Source: an uncultured Clostridia bacterium
Lineage (GTDB): Bacteria > Bacillota > Clostridia > TANB77 > UBA1234
Direction of reading: 5' to 3'
DNA: 17,352 nt
Assembly: GCA_947624765.1 (NCBI GenBank)
Contig: CANQLS010000007.1
Span: forward strand, 1 to 17,352
This document shows, piece by piece, positions 8,933-15,752 of the stretch (its first letter is position 1; every line of letters starts with the position of its first letter). The position numbers and the translations under genes are program-made. The notes under the pieces were generated by a model. The model was not told the DNA's origin, made no database searches, and worked only from the letters and a program-made list of their open reading frames with translations.

Positions 8933-9544
8933 TTACAAATTCCTTTCTTTTTTAATAGTTTCTATTACTTTTAATCCTAAATCTTCTATCATTAATTTTT
9001 GATAAATTTCTAAATTCTTTTTCATCAAGTTTATATCATCTAAATTATTTTTTACAATATAAGTAAAACCTTCAAATTGTGCACGTGCAACCGCTTCACA
9101 CACACTAATATATTCTTCATTATCAATCTTAATACTATTTAAAATTTGAATCATCTTTTTAGTAAACAATTCTAACAAATTTTCTTTAAATGAAATAAAT
9201 TGACTTTCATTCTGAGATTGAAACAAAATTTTTAAAGTATCATTTTTTTCTTTTGCAATCTTAGTAGTAAAAGAAATAATAAGTTCAAACAAATTCCCCA
9301 GCTTGATTTCTTTGTAATCAGATGGAATTTGATTAAAAAAATCTTCGATTTCAACTTCTATCTCCATCAAAATTTCATTTAGCAAATGTTTCTTAGTTAA
9401 AAAATATCGATAAATATTTCCCGTACTAATACCTGCATCTGTTGCAATATCCTTCATAGAAGTATTTTCATATCCATATTTTTTAAATCTCTTCTTTCCC
9501 ATATCTATAATCTTTTGTTTAACATCTTCTTTTAATATTTGCAT
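8933..9544 (-). CDS. TetR/AcrR family transcriptional regulator
   Basis: N-terminal HTH: GYENTSMKDIATDAGISTGNIYRYFLTKKHLL. It is 203 aa. Its stop codon directly abuts the MMPL ATG at 8932. Confidence 0.9.
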   Translation of the reverse strand: MQILKEDVKQKIIDMGKKRFKKYGYENTSMKDIATDAGISTGNIYRYFLTKKHLLNEILMEIEVEIEDFFNQIPSDYKEIKLGNLFELIISFTTKIAKEKNDTLKILFQSQNESQFISFKENLLELFTKKMIQILNSIKIDNEEYISVCEAVARAQFEGFTYIVKNNLDDINLMKKNLEIYQKLMIEDLGLKVIETIKKERNL

Positions 9545-9564
9545 ATTTATCGCCCTTTCAAAAA

Positions 9565-9578
9565 TGAATGTTAATTCA
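9565..9578. promoter_or_regulatory. Palindromic operator O1 (TGAATGTTAATTCA), probable TetR site
   Basis: TGAAT-N4-ATTCA dyad, downstream of the -10 of the TetR operon promoter. It is part of a 23-nt block repeated in inverted orientation at 9615-9637. Confidence 0.55.
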
Positions 9579-9587
9579 CTATTAAAT

Positions 9588-9616
9588 ATAGTATACCCGT
9601 TTTAATATTTTGTCAA
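9588..9616 (-). promoter_or_regulatory. Sigma-A type promoter of the TetR-MMPL operon
   Basis: The minus strand reads TTGACA (9616-9611), a 17-nt spacer, then TACTAT (9593-9588). An alternative is TATACT with a 15-nt spacer. The promoter is bracketed by the two operator dyads. Confidence 0.55.
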
Positions 9617-9619
9617 TAG

Positions 9620-9633
9620 TGAATTGCAATTCA
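9620..9633. promoter_or_regulatory. Palindromic operator O2 (TGAATTGCAATTCA, perfect 14-bp dyad)
   Basis: Perfect palindrome immediately upstream of the -35. Its flanks (AATAGTGAAT...ATTCATTTT) mirror those of O1. Confidence 0.55.
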
Positions 9634-9690
9634 TTTTTAAAATATACGCAACAAATAAGTATGTAAATTTTTTTCTTCATTCGATTTTCA

Positions 9691-9719
9691 TTGAATTTTA
9701 AAAGGTTTTGTTGTATAAT
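9691..9719 (+). promoter_or_regulatory. Sigma-A type promoter of asnS
   Basis: TTGAAT (9691-9696), 17-nt spacer, TATAAT (9714-9719). The RBS AGGAGG lies about 8 nt before the ATG at 9752. Confidence 0.6.
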
Positions 9720-9751
9720 TTTCCCATACTAATTTTAGGAGGTGTGTAGGC

Positions 9752-11134
9752 ATGGAAAAATTTACAATAAAAGATTTATATAAAGATACAGAAACATTTG
9801 CAGATAAAGAAATTTCACTTGCCGGTTGGGTTAGAACCAATAGAAATTCTAAAACATTTGGATTCATTGAATTAAATGACGGTTCATTTTTCAAAAATGT
9901 ACAAGTAGTTTACGATACTACACTTTCGAATTTCAATGATTTAGTAAAACTTACAATAAGTTCATCTATTCATGTAACTGGTGTTTTAGTAAAAACGCCA
10001 GAAGCAAAACAACCATTTGAGGTAAGGGCTACAAATGTTACTATTGAATGTCTTTCTCCAAACGATTATCCATTACAGAAAAAAGGACATACAGTAGAAT
10101 TTCTAAGAGAACAAGCTTATCTAAGGCCAAGGACAAATTTATTTAGTGCCGTATTTAGAATTAGAAGTGCTGCAGCAATTGCTATTCATAACTATTTTCA
10201 ATCGAAAGGATACGTATATTTTCATGCTCCACTTATCACTGCTAATGATGGTGAAGGTGCTGGTGAAATGTTTCAAGTAACTACACTTGATTTAGATAAA
10301 GTTGCTTCTAGTGGAAAAGTAGATTATGATAAAGATTTCTTTGGAAAACATGTTGGACTTACAGTAACAGGTCAATTAGAAGGCGAAGCTTTTGCTATGG
10401 CATATGGTAAAATTTATACTTTTGGTCCTTCTTTCCGTGCCGAAAACTCTAACACTAAAACACATGCATCTGAATTTTGGATGATTGAACCTGAAATTGC
10501 ATTTTGCGATTTGGACGAGCTTATGGATATTGAAGAGGATATGTTAAAATATATTGTTAAAGATGTATTAGAGAGATGTCCAGAAGAAATGGAATTTTTA
10601 AATAAATTTATAGCACCTAATTTAATCGAAAAATTGCAAAAATTATTAACAAGCAAATTCACTCGTATTACACATGAAGATGTTATTACAATTTTAAAAG
10701 ATGCAAAAGTAGATTGGGAATTTAAACCAGAGTATGGTGAAGATATTGCAAAGGAACATGAAAAATATATTACAGAATATTTTAATGGACCAGTTTTCAT
10801 TACGAATTGGCCAAAGGATATTAAAGCATTTTATATGAAACAAAATGCAGATGGCAAAACAGTTGCAGCTGTTGATTTAGAAGTACCTGGTGCTGGTGAA
10901 TTAATGGGTGGAAGTCAAAGAGAAGAAAACTACGATAAATTACTAAATCGTATGCATGAATTAGGTATGAAAACTTCAGAATTAGATTGGTATTTAAATC
11001 TTAGAAAATATGGAAGTTGCGTACATTCAGGTTTTGGTATGGGATTTGAAAGATTATTAATTTATCTAACTGGCGTAGAAAATATACGAGATGTAATACC
11101 ATTCCCTAGAACACCTGGAAATTGCGAATTTTAA
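9752..11134 (+). CDS. asnS: Asparagine--tRNA ligase
   Basis: 460 aa class IIb aaRS: N-terminal OB domain (LAGWVRTNR), motif 2 FRAENSNTKTHASEFWMIEPE, motif 3 GFGMGFERL, and the characteristic C-terminus IPFPRTPGNCEF. Confidence 0.95.
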   Translation: MEKFTIKDLYKDTETFADKEISLAGWVRTNRNSKTFGFIELNDGSFFKNVQVVYDTTLSNFNDLVKLTISSSIHVTGVLVKTPEAKQPFEVRATNVTIECLSPNDYPLQKKGHTVEFLREQAYLRPRTNLFSAVFRIRSAAAIAIHNYFQSKGYVYFHAPLITANDGEGAGEMFQVTTLDLDKVASSGKVDYDKDFFGKHVGLTVTGQLEGEAFAMAYGKIYTFGPSFRAENSNTKTHASEFWMIEPEIAFCDLDELMDIEEDMLKYIVKDVLERCPEEMEFLNKFIAPNLIEKLQKLLTSKFTRITHEDVITILKDAKVDWEFKPEYGEDIAKEHEKYITEYFNGPVFITNWPKDIKAFYMKQNADGKTVAAVDLEVPGAGELMGGSQREENYDKLLNRMHELGMKTSELDWYLNLRKYGSCVHSGFGMGFERLLIYLTGVENIRDVIPFPRTPGNCEF

Positions 11135-11159
11135 AATCAAATTAAAAAATTTATATTTT

Positions 11160-11219
11160 AAAAAAATCTTAGTGAAGAATGAATAGTAAAACTACTTATT
11201 CTTTGCTAAGATTTTTTTA
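11160..11219. terminator. Bidirectional intrinsic terminator between the convergent asnS and M23 peptidase genes
   Basis: ATCTTAGTGAAGAAT (11166-11180) pairs with ATTCTTTGCTAAGAT (11198-11212), with an internal TG/TG mismatch. It is flanked by an A-run on the left and a T-run on the right. Confidence 0.75.
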
Positions 11220-11225
11220 ATGCAA

Positions 11226-11978
11226 CTATTTCTTTACGGTAGAAAAGTCTATAGCCTCACCATCTTTTTGAATTTCAAAATGAATATGCGATCCTTCTTC
11301 TACTTCAAATCCATAGCCAGCCCCAACACCTGATATAATTTCACCTTTTTTTACTTCTTGACCTACTTGTACTAAATCTAACGTTGAAAGATTAGCATAA
11401 ATAGTTTTGTAACCATCATCATGTTCTATCATAATAGTATTGCCATATCGTGGATCTACCTTTTTATCTTTAATTTTTCCGTCAGCACTTGCTTTAATTG
11501 GTTCTGCCTCTTCCCCTTTAATATCAATGCCATCATGCGTAGTCCATTCCTCCAACGTATTTGAATATACTAGTTTATCTTTAGCATATTCTAAAATAAT
11601 TTCTCCATCTAGTGGCATATCAAATGTAATTTCTTTTTTTATAGGAATAGTTGAAACCTCAACCGTATTAACTTCCTCCTCTTTCTTCGTTACAACTGGT
11701 TCTGGCTTTACTTCTTCTTTCTTTTCTTCTTTAGGCTCATCTTCTTCAGATTTATGAATTGCCTCTGGATTTAATCGAATAGAAGATTCGTCTTTTTGAT
11801 AAGCATATTCATCAATAATAACAGGATCTTTTTTTACCAATTCGTTTGATGGTTTTTCTTGATAAGTTAATACAGTAATAACAAACGAGGCCACTCCTAG
11901 TGCGAGCGCTCCACTACCAATATAAATATATTTTTTGTATTTTTGAAACCAAGTTAGTCGTTGCACTCTTCTTCTCAT
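11226..11978 (-). CDS. Membrane-anchored M23/LytM family peptidase (spoIIQ-like by position next to spoIID)
   Basis: N-terminal TM helix (IYIGSGALALGVASFVITVL), an E/K/P-rich linker, and a LytM domain with HxxxD (HDGIDI) and HxH (SHIHFE) motifs. Confidence 0.8.
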   Translation of the reverse strand: MRRRVQRLTWFQKYKKYIYIGSGALALGVASFVITVLTYQEKPSNELVKKDPVIIDEYAYQKDESSIRLNPEAIHKSEEDEPKEEKKEEVKPEPVVTKKEEEVNTVEVSTIPIKKEITFDMPLDGEIILEYAKDKLVYSNTLEEWTTHDGIDIKGEEAEPIKASADGKIKDKKVDPRYGNTIMIEHDDGYKTIYANLSTLDLVQVGQEVKKGEIISGVGAGYGFEVEEGSHIHFEIQKDGEAIDFSTVKK

Positions 11979-12075
11979 TTTTATATCATTCCTTTCTAAT
12001 ATTTTTCGAGCTTTTCATACCACTATTCGTAAGTATAGTGATATTATTGCCAATATTAGAAAATTTATACAAATA

Positions 12076-13002
12076 CTATTTTGTTTTTTCTAACTCTACA
12101 CCTGTGTAATAATGACAAATTATTTCTTGATAGGTACTTCCGTTTAAGGCCATTTGATTAGCTCCTTCTTGACTCATGCCTACTCCATGCCCATAACCTA
12201 TAGTTTCAAAAGTGATATTATCACCATCTATTTTAATATCAAAATGCGTAGAACGTAAACCTAATAAACTTCTAACATCTGTAGCCAGTAATGTTAAATT
12301 ACCTATTTTCACGTGATAAGCACGTTCACTTATAGTATGATCTATAATAGCAATATTATTAATTTCTTCGTTATAATTTTGATATTTTTCTTTTAAAATC
12401 TTTTTTAATTCCTCTTTTGAAAATGTCTTACTATCCTGAAAAGCATAACTTTCATTACCTTCCACGCTTTTTAAATATGGTATTGCCTCTTGCCCCCATA
12501 TATACCTAGCATCTTCAGTTTTTCCACCACTATGTGCATGAAAAAAAGCATTTATAATATTTCCTTGATATGTTATTATTTCTCCGCTTGTTTCTTCTAC
12601 TGCAGATTCAATTTTGTTCCATTTATCCTGCTCCTCTGCATCTTCCCAAACTGGAAAAGCATATTCTTTAGATAAATATGCTTGACAGTGATTAATATCA
12701 TTGCACATATCTGCTCCTTCATGAGAATTAGGAGCATTTTTTAATTTATATAATGTATAAGTTCTTGCCACTACAGCTTGTGCTTTTAAGGCTTCCATTT
12801 CGTACGAAGCAGGAACTTCTCCAATTAACACTCCTTTTATATAATCTTCAAAATTCATTTCTACAATTTCATTTGTTTCTGTTAAAAGGAGTTTGATTTT
12901 ATCAACATACTCTACAATTTCTGGTGTTTTTCTAATAAAACAATTAGGTATCAAAAAACAAAACAGCATATAACAAATAATAAAAATAATCCATTTTTTC
13001 AT
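12076..13002 (-). CDS. spoIID: Stage II sporulation protein D (lytic transglycosylase, SpoIID/LytB family)
   Basis: N-terminal signal anchor, then the motifs EALKAQAVVARTY, FHAHSGGKTE and GHGVGMSQEGAN, typical of SpoIID. Confidence 0.85.
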   Translation of the reverse strand: MKKWIIFIICYMLFCFLIPNCFIRKTPEIVEYVDKIKLLLTETNEIVEMNFEDYIKGVLIGEVPASYEMEALKAQAVVARTYTLYKLKNAPNSHEGADMCNDINHCQAYLSKEYAFPVWEDAEEQDKWNKIESAVEETSGEIITYQGNIINAFFHAHSGGKTEDARYIWGQEAIPYLKSVEGNESYAFQDSKTFSKEELKKILKEKYQNYNEEINNIAIIDHTISERAYHVKIGNLTLLATDVRSLLGLRSTHFDIKIDGDNITFETIGYGHGVGMSQEGANQMALNGSTYQEIICHYYTGVELEKTK

Positions 13003-13050
13003 ACAAAAACCCCCTGTCCGTCATTTCATTTTATGAGGACAAGGGGGGTT
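13003..13050 (-). terminator. Intrinsic terminator after rplT, ending 5 nt before the spoIID ATG
   Basis: The minus strand reads AACCCCCCTTGTCC, a 17-nt loop, GGACAGGGGGTT, TTTGT, then ATG. The G-rich 3' arm doubles as the only Shine-Dalgarno-like sequence for spoIID. Confidence 0.7.
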
Positions 13051-13072
13051 ATAGAACTACTATTTATTAGCC

Positions 13073-13423
13073 TTATTTACCTACTGCAACTTTAACTAAT
13101 TCGCTGAAAGCTTTTTCATCATTTACTGCCATTTCAGCTAACATCTTTCTATTAATATTAACTTCAGCTTTCTTCAAACCATTTATTAAAGAACTATAAT
13201 TTGTTCCATTTGCTCTTGCAGCAGCATTAATTCTTGCAATCCATAATTTTCTAAAATCTCTTTTCTTTAATTTTCTACCAACATATGCATATTGGCCAGA
13301 TTTCATAACGGCTTGTTTTGCCATTCTAAATCTAATGCTTTTAGCTCCATAATAGCCTTTTGCCATTTTCAAAACTTTTTTATGTTTTTTTCTTGTTATT
13401 TTTGCAGTCTTTACTCTTGCCAT
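13073..13423 (-). CDS. rplT: 50S ribosomal protein L20
   Basis: MARVK...GYYGAKS...[13 protein letters not shown], 116 aa; the third gene of the infC-rpmI-rplT operon. Confidence 0.97.
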   Translation of the reverse strand: MARVKTAKITRKKHKKVLKMAKGYYGAKSIRFRMAKQAVMKSGQYAYVGRKLKKRDFRKLWIARINAAARANGTNYSSLINGLKKAEVNINRKMLAEMAVNDEKAFSELVKVAVGK

Positions 13424-13449
13424 TTTTCATTCTCCTTTCTTAAACCCTA

Positions 13450-13650
13450 TTAGTTTCCATATGGTAACATTTTCTTAACAGTTGTTTCCATTGTTTTATC
13501 TACTGTTGTTGGCTTTCTAAGTCTTGCCTTTCTCTTACTTGTTTTAACATTAAGTAAATGTCTTTTATTCATTCTGTTTCTCTTAATTTTTCCTGTAGCT
13601 GTAAATTTAACTCTTTTTGCCGTTGCTCTGTGTGTTTTCATTTTAGGCAT
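13450..13650 (-). CDS. rpmI: 50S ribosomal protein L35
   Basis: [24 protein letters not shown]..., 66 aa and highly basic. Confidence 0.97.
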   Translation of the reverse strand: MPKMKTHRATAKRVKFTATGKIKRNRMNKRHLLNVKTSKRKARLRKPTTVDKTMETTVKKMLPYGN

Positions 13651-13670
13651 ATTAAAAACTCCCTTCTTTT

Positions 13671-14183
13671 TTAACTATTTTTTGGATTAATTAGCAGAAT
13701 CATACTTTTTCCTTCTAATTTTGGCTCTTTATCGATGGTTCCAACATCTGCTAAAGCTTCTGCAAATTTATTTAAGACATTAACGCCAAATGAAGTATTA
13801 TTTAGCTCTCTGCCTTTAAACTTAATAGTAGCTTTTACTTTATCGCCATCCTCCAAGAATTTTCTTGCATTTTTAGCCTTAAATTCAAAATCATGTGTAT
13901 CAATAGTAGATGACAAACGAATTTCTTTCACATCTACCACTTTTTGTTTCTTCTTGGCTTCTTTTTCTTTTCTGGCTTGTTCATATTTATATTTTCCATA
14001 ATTCATTAATCTGCAAACAGTAGGTTCTGCACCAGGTGCAACTTCTACTAAATCTAGCTCTTTCTCTTCTGCGATTTTTAATGCATTATCTAATTTCATA
14101 ACACCAAGTTGTTCGCCATTCTCACCAATTAGTTTTACTTCTTTTGCACTGATTTCTTCATTAATTCTCAATTCTTGCTTAAT
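13671..14183 (-). CDS. infC: Translation initiation factor IF-3, probable ATT start codon
   Basis: [29 protein letters not shown]... is canonical IF-3. The track ORF begins at TTG 14198, but that TTG lies inside the RBS GGAGGGG. ATT at 14183 sits 8 nt after GGAGG, matching the non-canonical AUU start used for infC autoregulation. Confidence 0.85.
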   Translation of the reverse strand: MKQELRINEEISAKEVKLIGENGEQLGVMKLDNALKIAEEKELDLVEVAPGAEPTVCRLMNYGKYKYEQARKEKEAKKKQKVVDVKEIRLSSTIDTHDFEFKAKNARKFLEDGDKVKATIKFKGRELNNTSFGVNVLNKFAEALADVGTIDKEPKLEGKSMILLINPKNS

Positions 14184-14198
14184 AGAAATCCCCTCCAA

Positions 14199-14320
14199 AC
14201 TAAAAAAAACTTGAGCAAGCTCAAGTCATTCCACAAAATACAAATATTATAAAATAATGTATTAACTAACCATACGCATCATAATGGTATGGTGAGAAGT
14301 GGATGACTTCTTCTTGAACT
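14199..14320 (-). promoter_or_regulatory. infC 5' leader with an attenuator terminator (L20-leader-like ribosomal protein leader)
   Basis: About 120-nt leader on the minus strand. It contains the hairpin CCATAC...GTATGG (about 14270-14295). A terminator, CTTGAGCTTGCTCAAG + TTTTTTTT (14226-14202), sits immediately before the infC RBS. This matches the Firmicute L20-mediated attenuation architecture. Confidence 0.5.
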
Positions 14321-14326
14321 TTTAAT

Positions 14327-14355
14327 AGTATAGTACCATTTTTTCGTTTTGTCAA
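14327..14355 (-). promoter_or_regulatory. Sigma-A type promoter of the infC-rpmI-rplT operon
   Basis: The minus strand reads TTGACA (14355-14350), a 17-nt spacer, then TATACT (14332-14327). Confidence 0.65.
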
Positions 14356-14373
14356 TAAAATTTGTCAAAATTG

Positions 14374-14402
14374 TTGACTTTTTTCCATAATTATATTAGA
14401 AT
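14374..14402 (+). promoter_or_regulatory. Sigma-A type promoter of rplM-rpsI
   Basis: TTGACT (14374-14379), 17-nt spacer, TAGAAT (14397-14402). Confidence 0.6.
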
Positions 14403-14409
14403 AATGAAG

Positions 14410-14488
14410 CATGATATTAAAGCTAACCCGGAAGGTTTTAATATCAATACAGAGAAATATATATTGAAATGGAGGTTTAAGTATTACC
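14410..14488 (+). promoter_or_regulatory. rplM 5' leader hairpin (L13-leader-like)
   Basis: GATATTAAA (14413-14421) pairs with TTTAATATC (14437-14445) around a C/G-containing apical region (GCTAACCCGGAAGG). It sits between the promoter and the RBS GGAGG, as described for Firmicute L13 leaders. Confidence 0.4.
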
Positions 14489-14914
14489 ATGAATAATACT
14501 ACACATAGCGTTAAAGCTAGCGAAATCGAAAGAAAATGGTATCTTATTGATGCAGATGGTAAAGTTTTAGGTAGACTTGCATCAGAAGTTGCTAAATTGT
14601 TAAAAGGAAAACATAAGCCAACTTACACCACTCATTTAGACGTTGGTGATCATGTTATTGTAATCAATACAGATAAAATGATTTTAACAGGAAAGAAAAT
14701 GGAAGATAAAGTTTATAGAAGACATACTGGTTATATTGGAAATATGAAAGAAATTCAAGCTAAAGATATGGCTTCTGATAAAATGTTAATGCTTGCTGTT
14801 AAAGGAATGTTACCAAAAAACAGCTTAGGCAGAAAAATGTTAACAAAATTAAGAGTATATGCTGGTAGTGAACATGAAAATGCAGCTCAAAAACCAGAAG
14901 TATACAACTTTTAA
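14489..14914 (+). CDS. rplM: 50S ribosomal protein L13
   Basis: [48 protein letters not shown]..., 141 aa. Confidence 0.97.
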   Translation: MNNTTHSVKASEIERKWYLIDADGKVLGRLASEVAKLLKGKHKPTYTTHLDVGDHVIVINTDKMILTGKKMEDKVYRRHTGYIGNMKEIQAKDMASDKMLMLAVKGMLPKNSLGRKMLTKLRVYAGSEHENAAQKPEVYNF

Positions 14915-14927
14915 GGAGGTAAAATAG

Positions 14928-15338
14928 ATGCCTAGAGGAGTAAAAAAAGATTCAAATACAAATTATGGTACTGGTAGAAGAAAATGTTCTATCGCAAGAG
15001 TTAGAATTATGCCAGGAAAAGGAAAAATCACAATTAACGGATTAGATATTGATGAATATACATCAACAGATGTATTAAAAGTAATTATTAGACAACCACT
15101 TGTTGCAACTAATACTGAAGGAAAATATGATGTTGTTGTAAAAGTTACTGGTGGTGGCCTATCTGGTCAAGCTGGAGCTATTAGACATGGCTTAGCAAGA
15201 GCTTTAGTAAAAGCAAATGAAGAAAATAAACCTGCTTTAAAAACTGCTGGTTTCTTAACAAGAGATCCAAGAATGAAGGAAAGAAAGAAACCAGGATTAA
15301 AGAAAGCAAGAAAAGCTCCACAATTCTCAAAGAGATAA
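14928..15338 (+). CDS. rpsI: 30S ribosomal protein S9
   Basis: [13 protein letters not shown]...[19 protein letters not shown]...RKAPQFSKR, 136 aa. The RBS GGAGG precedes the ATG. Confidence 0.97.
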   Translation: MPRGVKKDSNTNYGTGRRKCSIARVRIMPGKGKITINGLDIDEYTSTDVLKVIIRQPLVATNTEGKYDVVVKVTGGGLSGQAGAIRHGLARALVKANEENKPALKTAGFLTRDPRMKERKKPGLKKARKAPQFSKR

Positions 15339-15353
15339 TATTTTCAAAAATAC

Positions 15354-15392
15354 AACCCCTACAGTTACAGATGGCTGTAGGGGTTTAAGTTT
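15354..15392 (+). terminator. Intrinsic terminator of rplM-rpsI
   Basis: CCCCTACAG (15356-15364) / CTGTAGGGG (15375-15383), followed by TTTAAGTTT. Confidence 0.8.
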
Positions 15393-15438
15393 AATAAGAA
15401 TTAGTTAAATAATTTTTCAAAATCCATGTTGCTGCAGC

Positions 15439-15463
15439 TGTAGCGGCGCCCATTGGACGCCAT
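15439..15463 (+). repeat. GTAG + GC-rich hairpin element (REP-like), copy A
   Basis: TGTAGCGGCGCCCATTGGACGCCAT: GTAG at 15440-15443, then a 7-position stem (one C/A mismatch) with a 3-nt loop. It matches the reverse complement of copy B at 23 of 25 positions. Confidence 0.6.
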
Positions 15464-15537
15464 TTAAGCAAGGATACAACAAAATCTTTTCTTTAGCGCA
15501 CTACAACAAATTATGAAAAAGAAATATTCTTCTATTT

Positions 15538-15562
15538 ATGGCGGCCAATGGCCGCCGCTACA
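15538..15562 (-). repeat. GTAG + GC-rich hairpin element (REP-like), copy B, inverted relative to copy A
   Basis: The + strand reads ATGGCGGCCAATGGCCGCCGCTACA (reverse complement TGTAGCGGCGGCCATTGGCCGCCAT). The stem is a perfect 7 bp, GGCGGCC/GGCCGCC. It is separated from copy A by 74 nt. The copy at 4748-4772 has the same orientation and the same flanks (AT...RCTACAYTC). Confidence 0.6.
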
Positions 15563-15592
15563 CTCGCACTGCTTTAATTTCTAATCTTTTGG

Positions 15593-15620
15593 TTGATTTT
15601 TTTCAAAATTCATATATAAT
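15593..15620 (+). promoter_or_regulatory. Sigma-A type promoter of the MazF-like gene
   Basis: TTGATT (15593-15598), 16-nt spacer, TATAAT (15615-15620). This gives a leader of about 125 nt before the ATG at 15753. Confidence 0.6.
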
Positions 15621-15678
15621 ATGGGCATAGCGATTTATAATGATACTTATAAATAAAAAGTTCAAAATGCACTATAAA

Positions 15679-15697
15679 ATTAAGCAAATATTTGAAT
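15679..15697 (+). repeat. 19-nt direct repeat ATTAAGCAAATATTTGAAT, copy 1 (contains the 10-bp palindrome CAAATATTTG)
   Basis: Identical 19-mer at 16419-16437. It lies in the 5' leader of the MazF-like gene. Confidence 0.8.
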
Positions 15698-15752
15698 ATT
15701 TAGTATTTTAGAAAAAAGTTATAGTAGATTAAATAAAAATAGGAGAAATAAT

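Noticed and set aside
9545-9751. T-box or other riboswitch leader upstream of asnS.
   Set aside because: The promoter at 9691-9719 leaves only a ~30-nt leader. There is no specifier loop, T-box sequence or terminator/antiterminator pair. The region is explained by the divergent promoters and the TetR operators.
11979-12075. Forespore (sigma-F/G) promoter upstream of the M23 (spoIIQ-like) gene.
   Set aside because: I could not find a match good enough to report by eye (only a vague GGTATGAAA). It needs a position-weight-matrix scan or transcript mapping.
61-14001. ORF-track entries antisense to the real genes: + strand 61-264, 779-1009, 1366-1641, 1894-2118, 3073-3270, 3661-3903, 4879-5121, 5332-5679, 7585-7830, 8307-8576, 11440-11757, 11900-12109, 12490-12675 and 13735-14001; minus strand 9688-9894 and 10414-10800.
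   Set aside because: Each lies wholly or largely inside a longer ORF on the opposite strand that has clear family motifs. Their translations are low-complexity F/L/S/I-rich strings, as expected from reading AT-rich genes backwards. None has a convincing RBS.
15439-15562. Integron attC site or CRISPR repeat interpretation of the inverted GC-rich repeats.
   Set aside because: There are no GTTRRRY / RYYYAAC core sites, no intI and no cassette array. There are only two inverted copies here rather than regularly spaced direct repeats with unique spacers, and no cas genes. The GTAG+hairpin (REP-like) reading fits better.
15385-15752. Type III (ToxI-like) tandem-repeat RNA antitoxin, or a small MazE-like ORF, upstream of the MazF-like gene.
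   Set aside because: There are no tandem repeats of any unit length. Only scattered short repeats occur (TTTTCAAAAT three times, TACAACAAA twice). The only ORFs are 11-23 codons without an RBS, for example MKKKYSSIYGGQWPPLHSHCFNF at 15513-15584, which merely reads through the GC hairpin.
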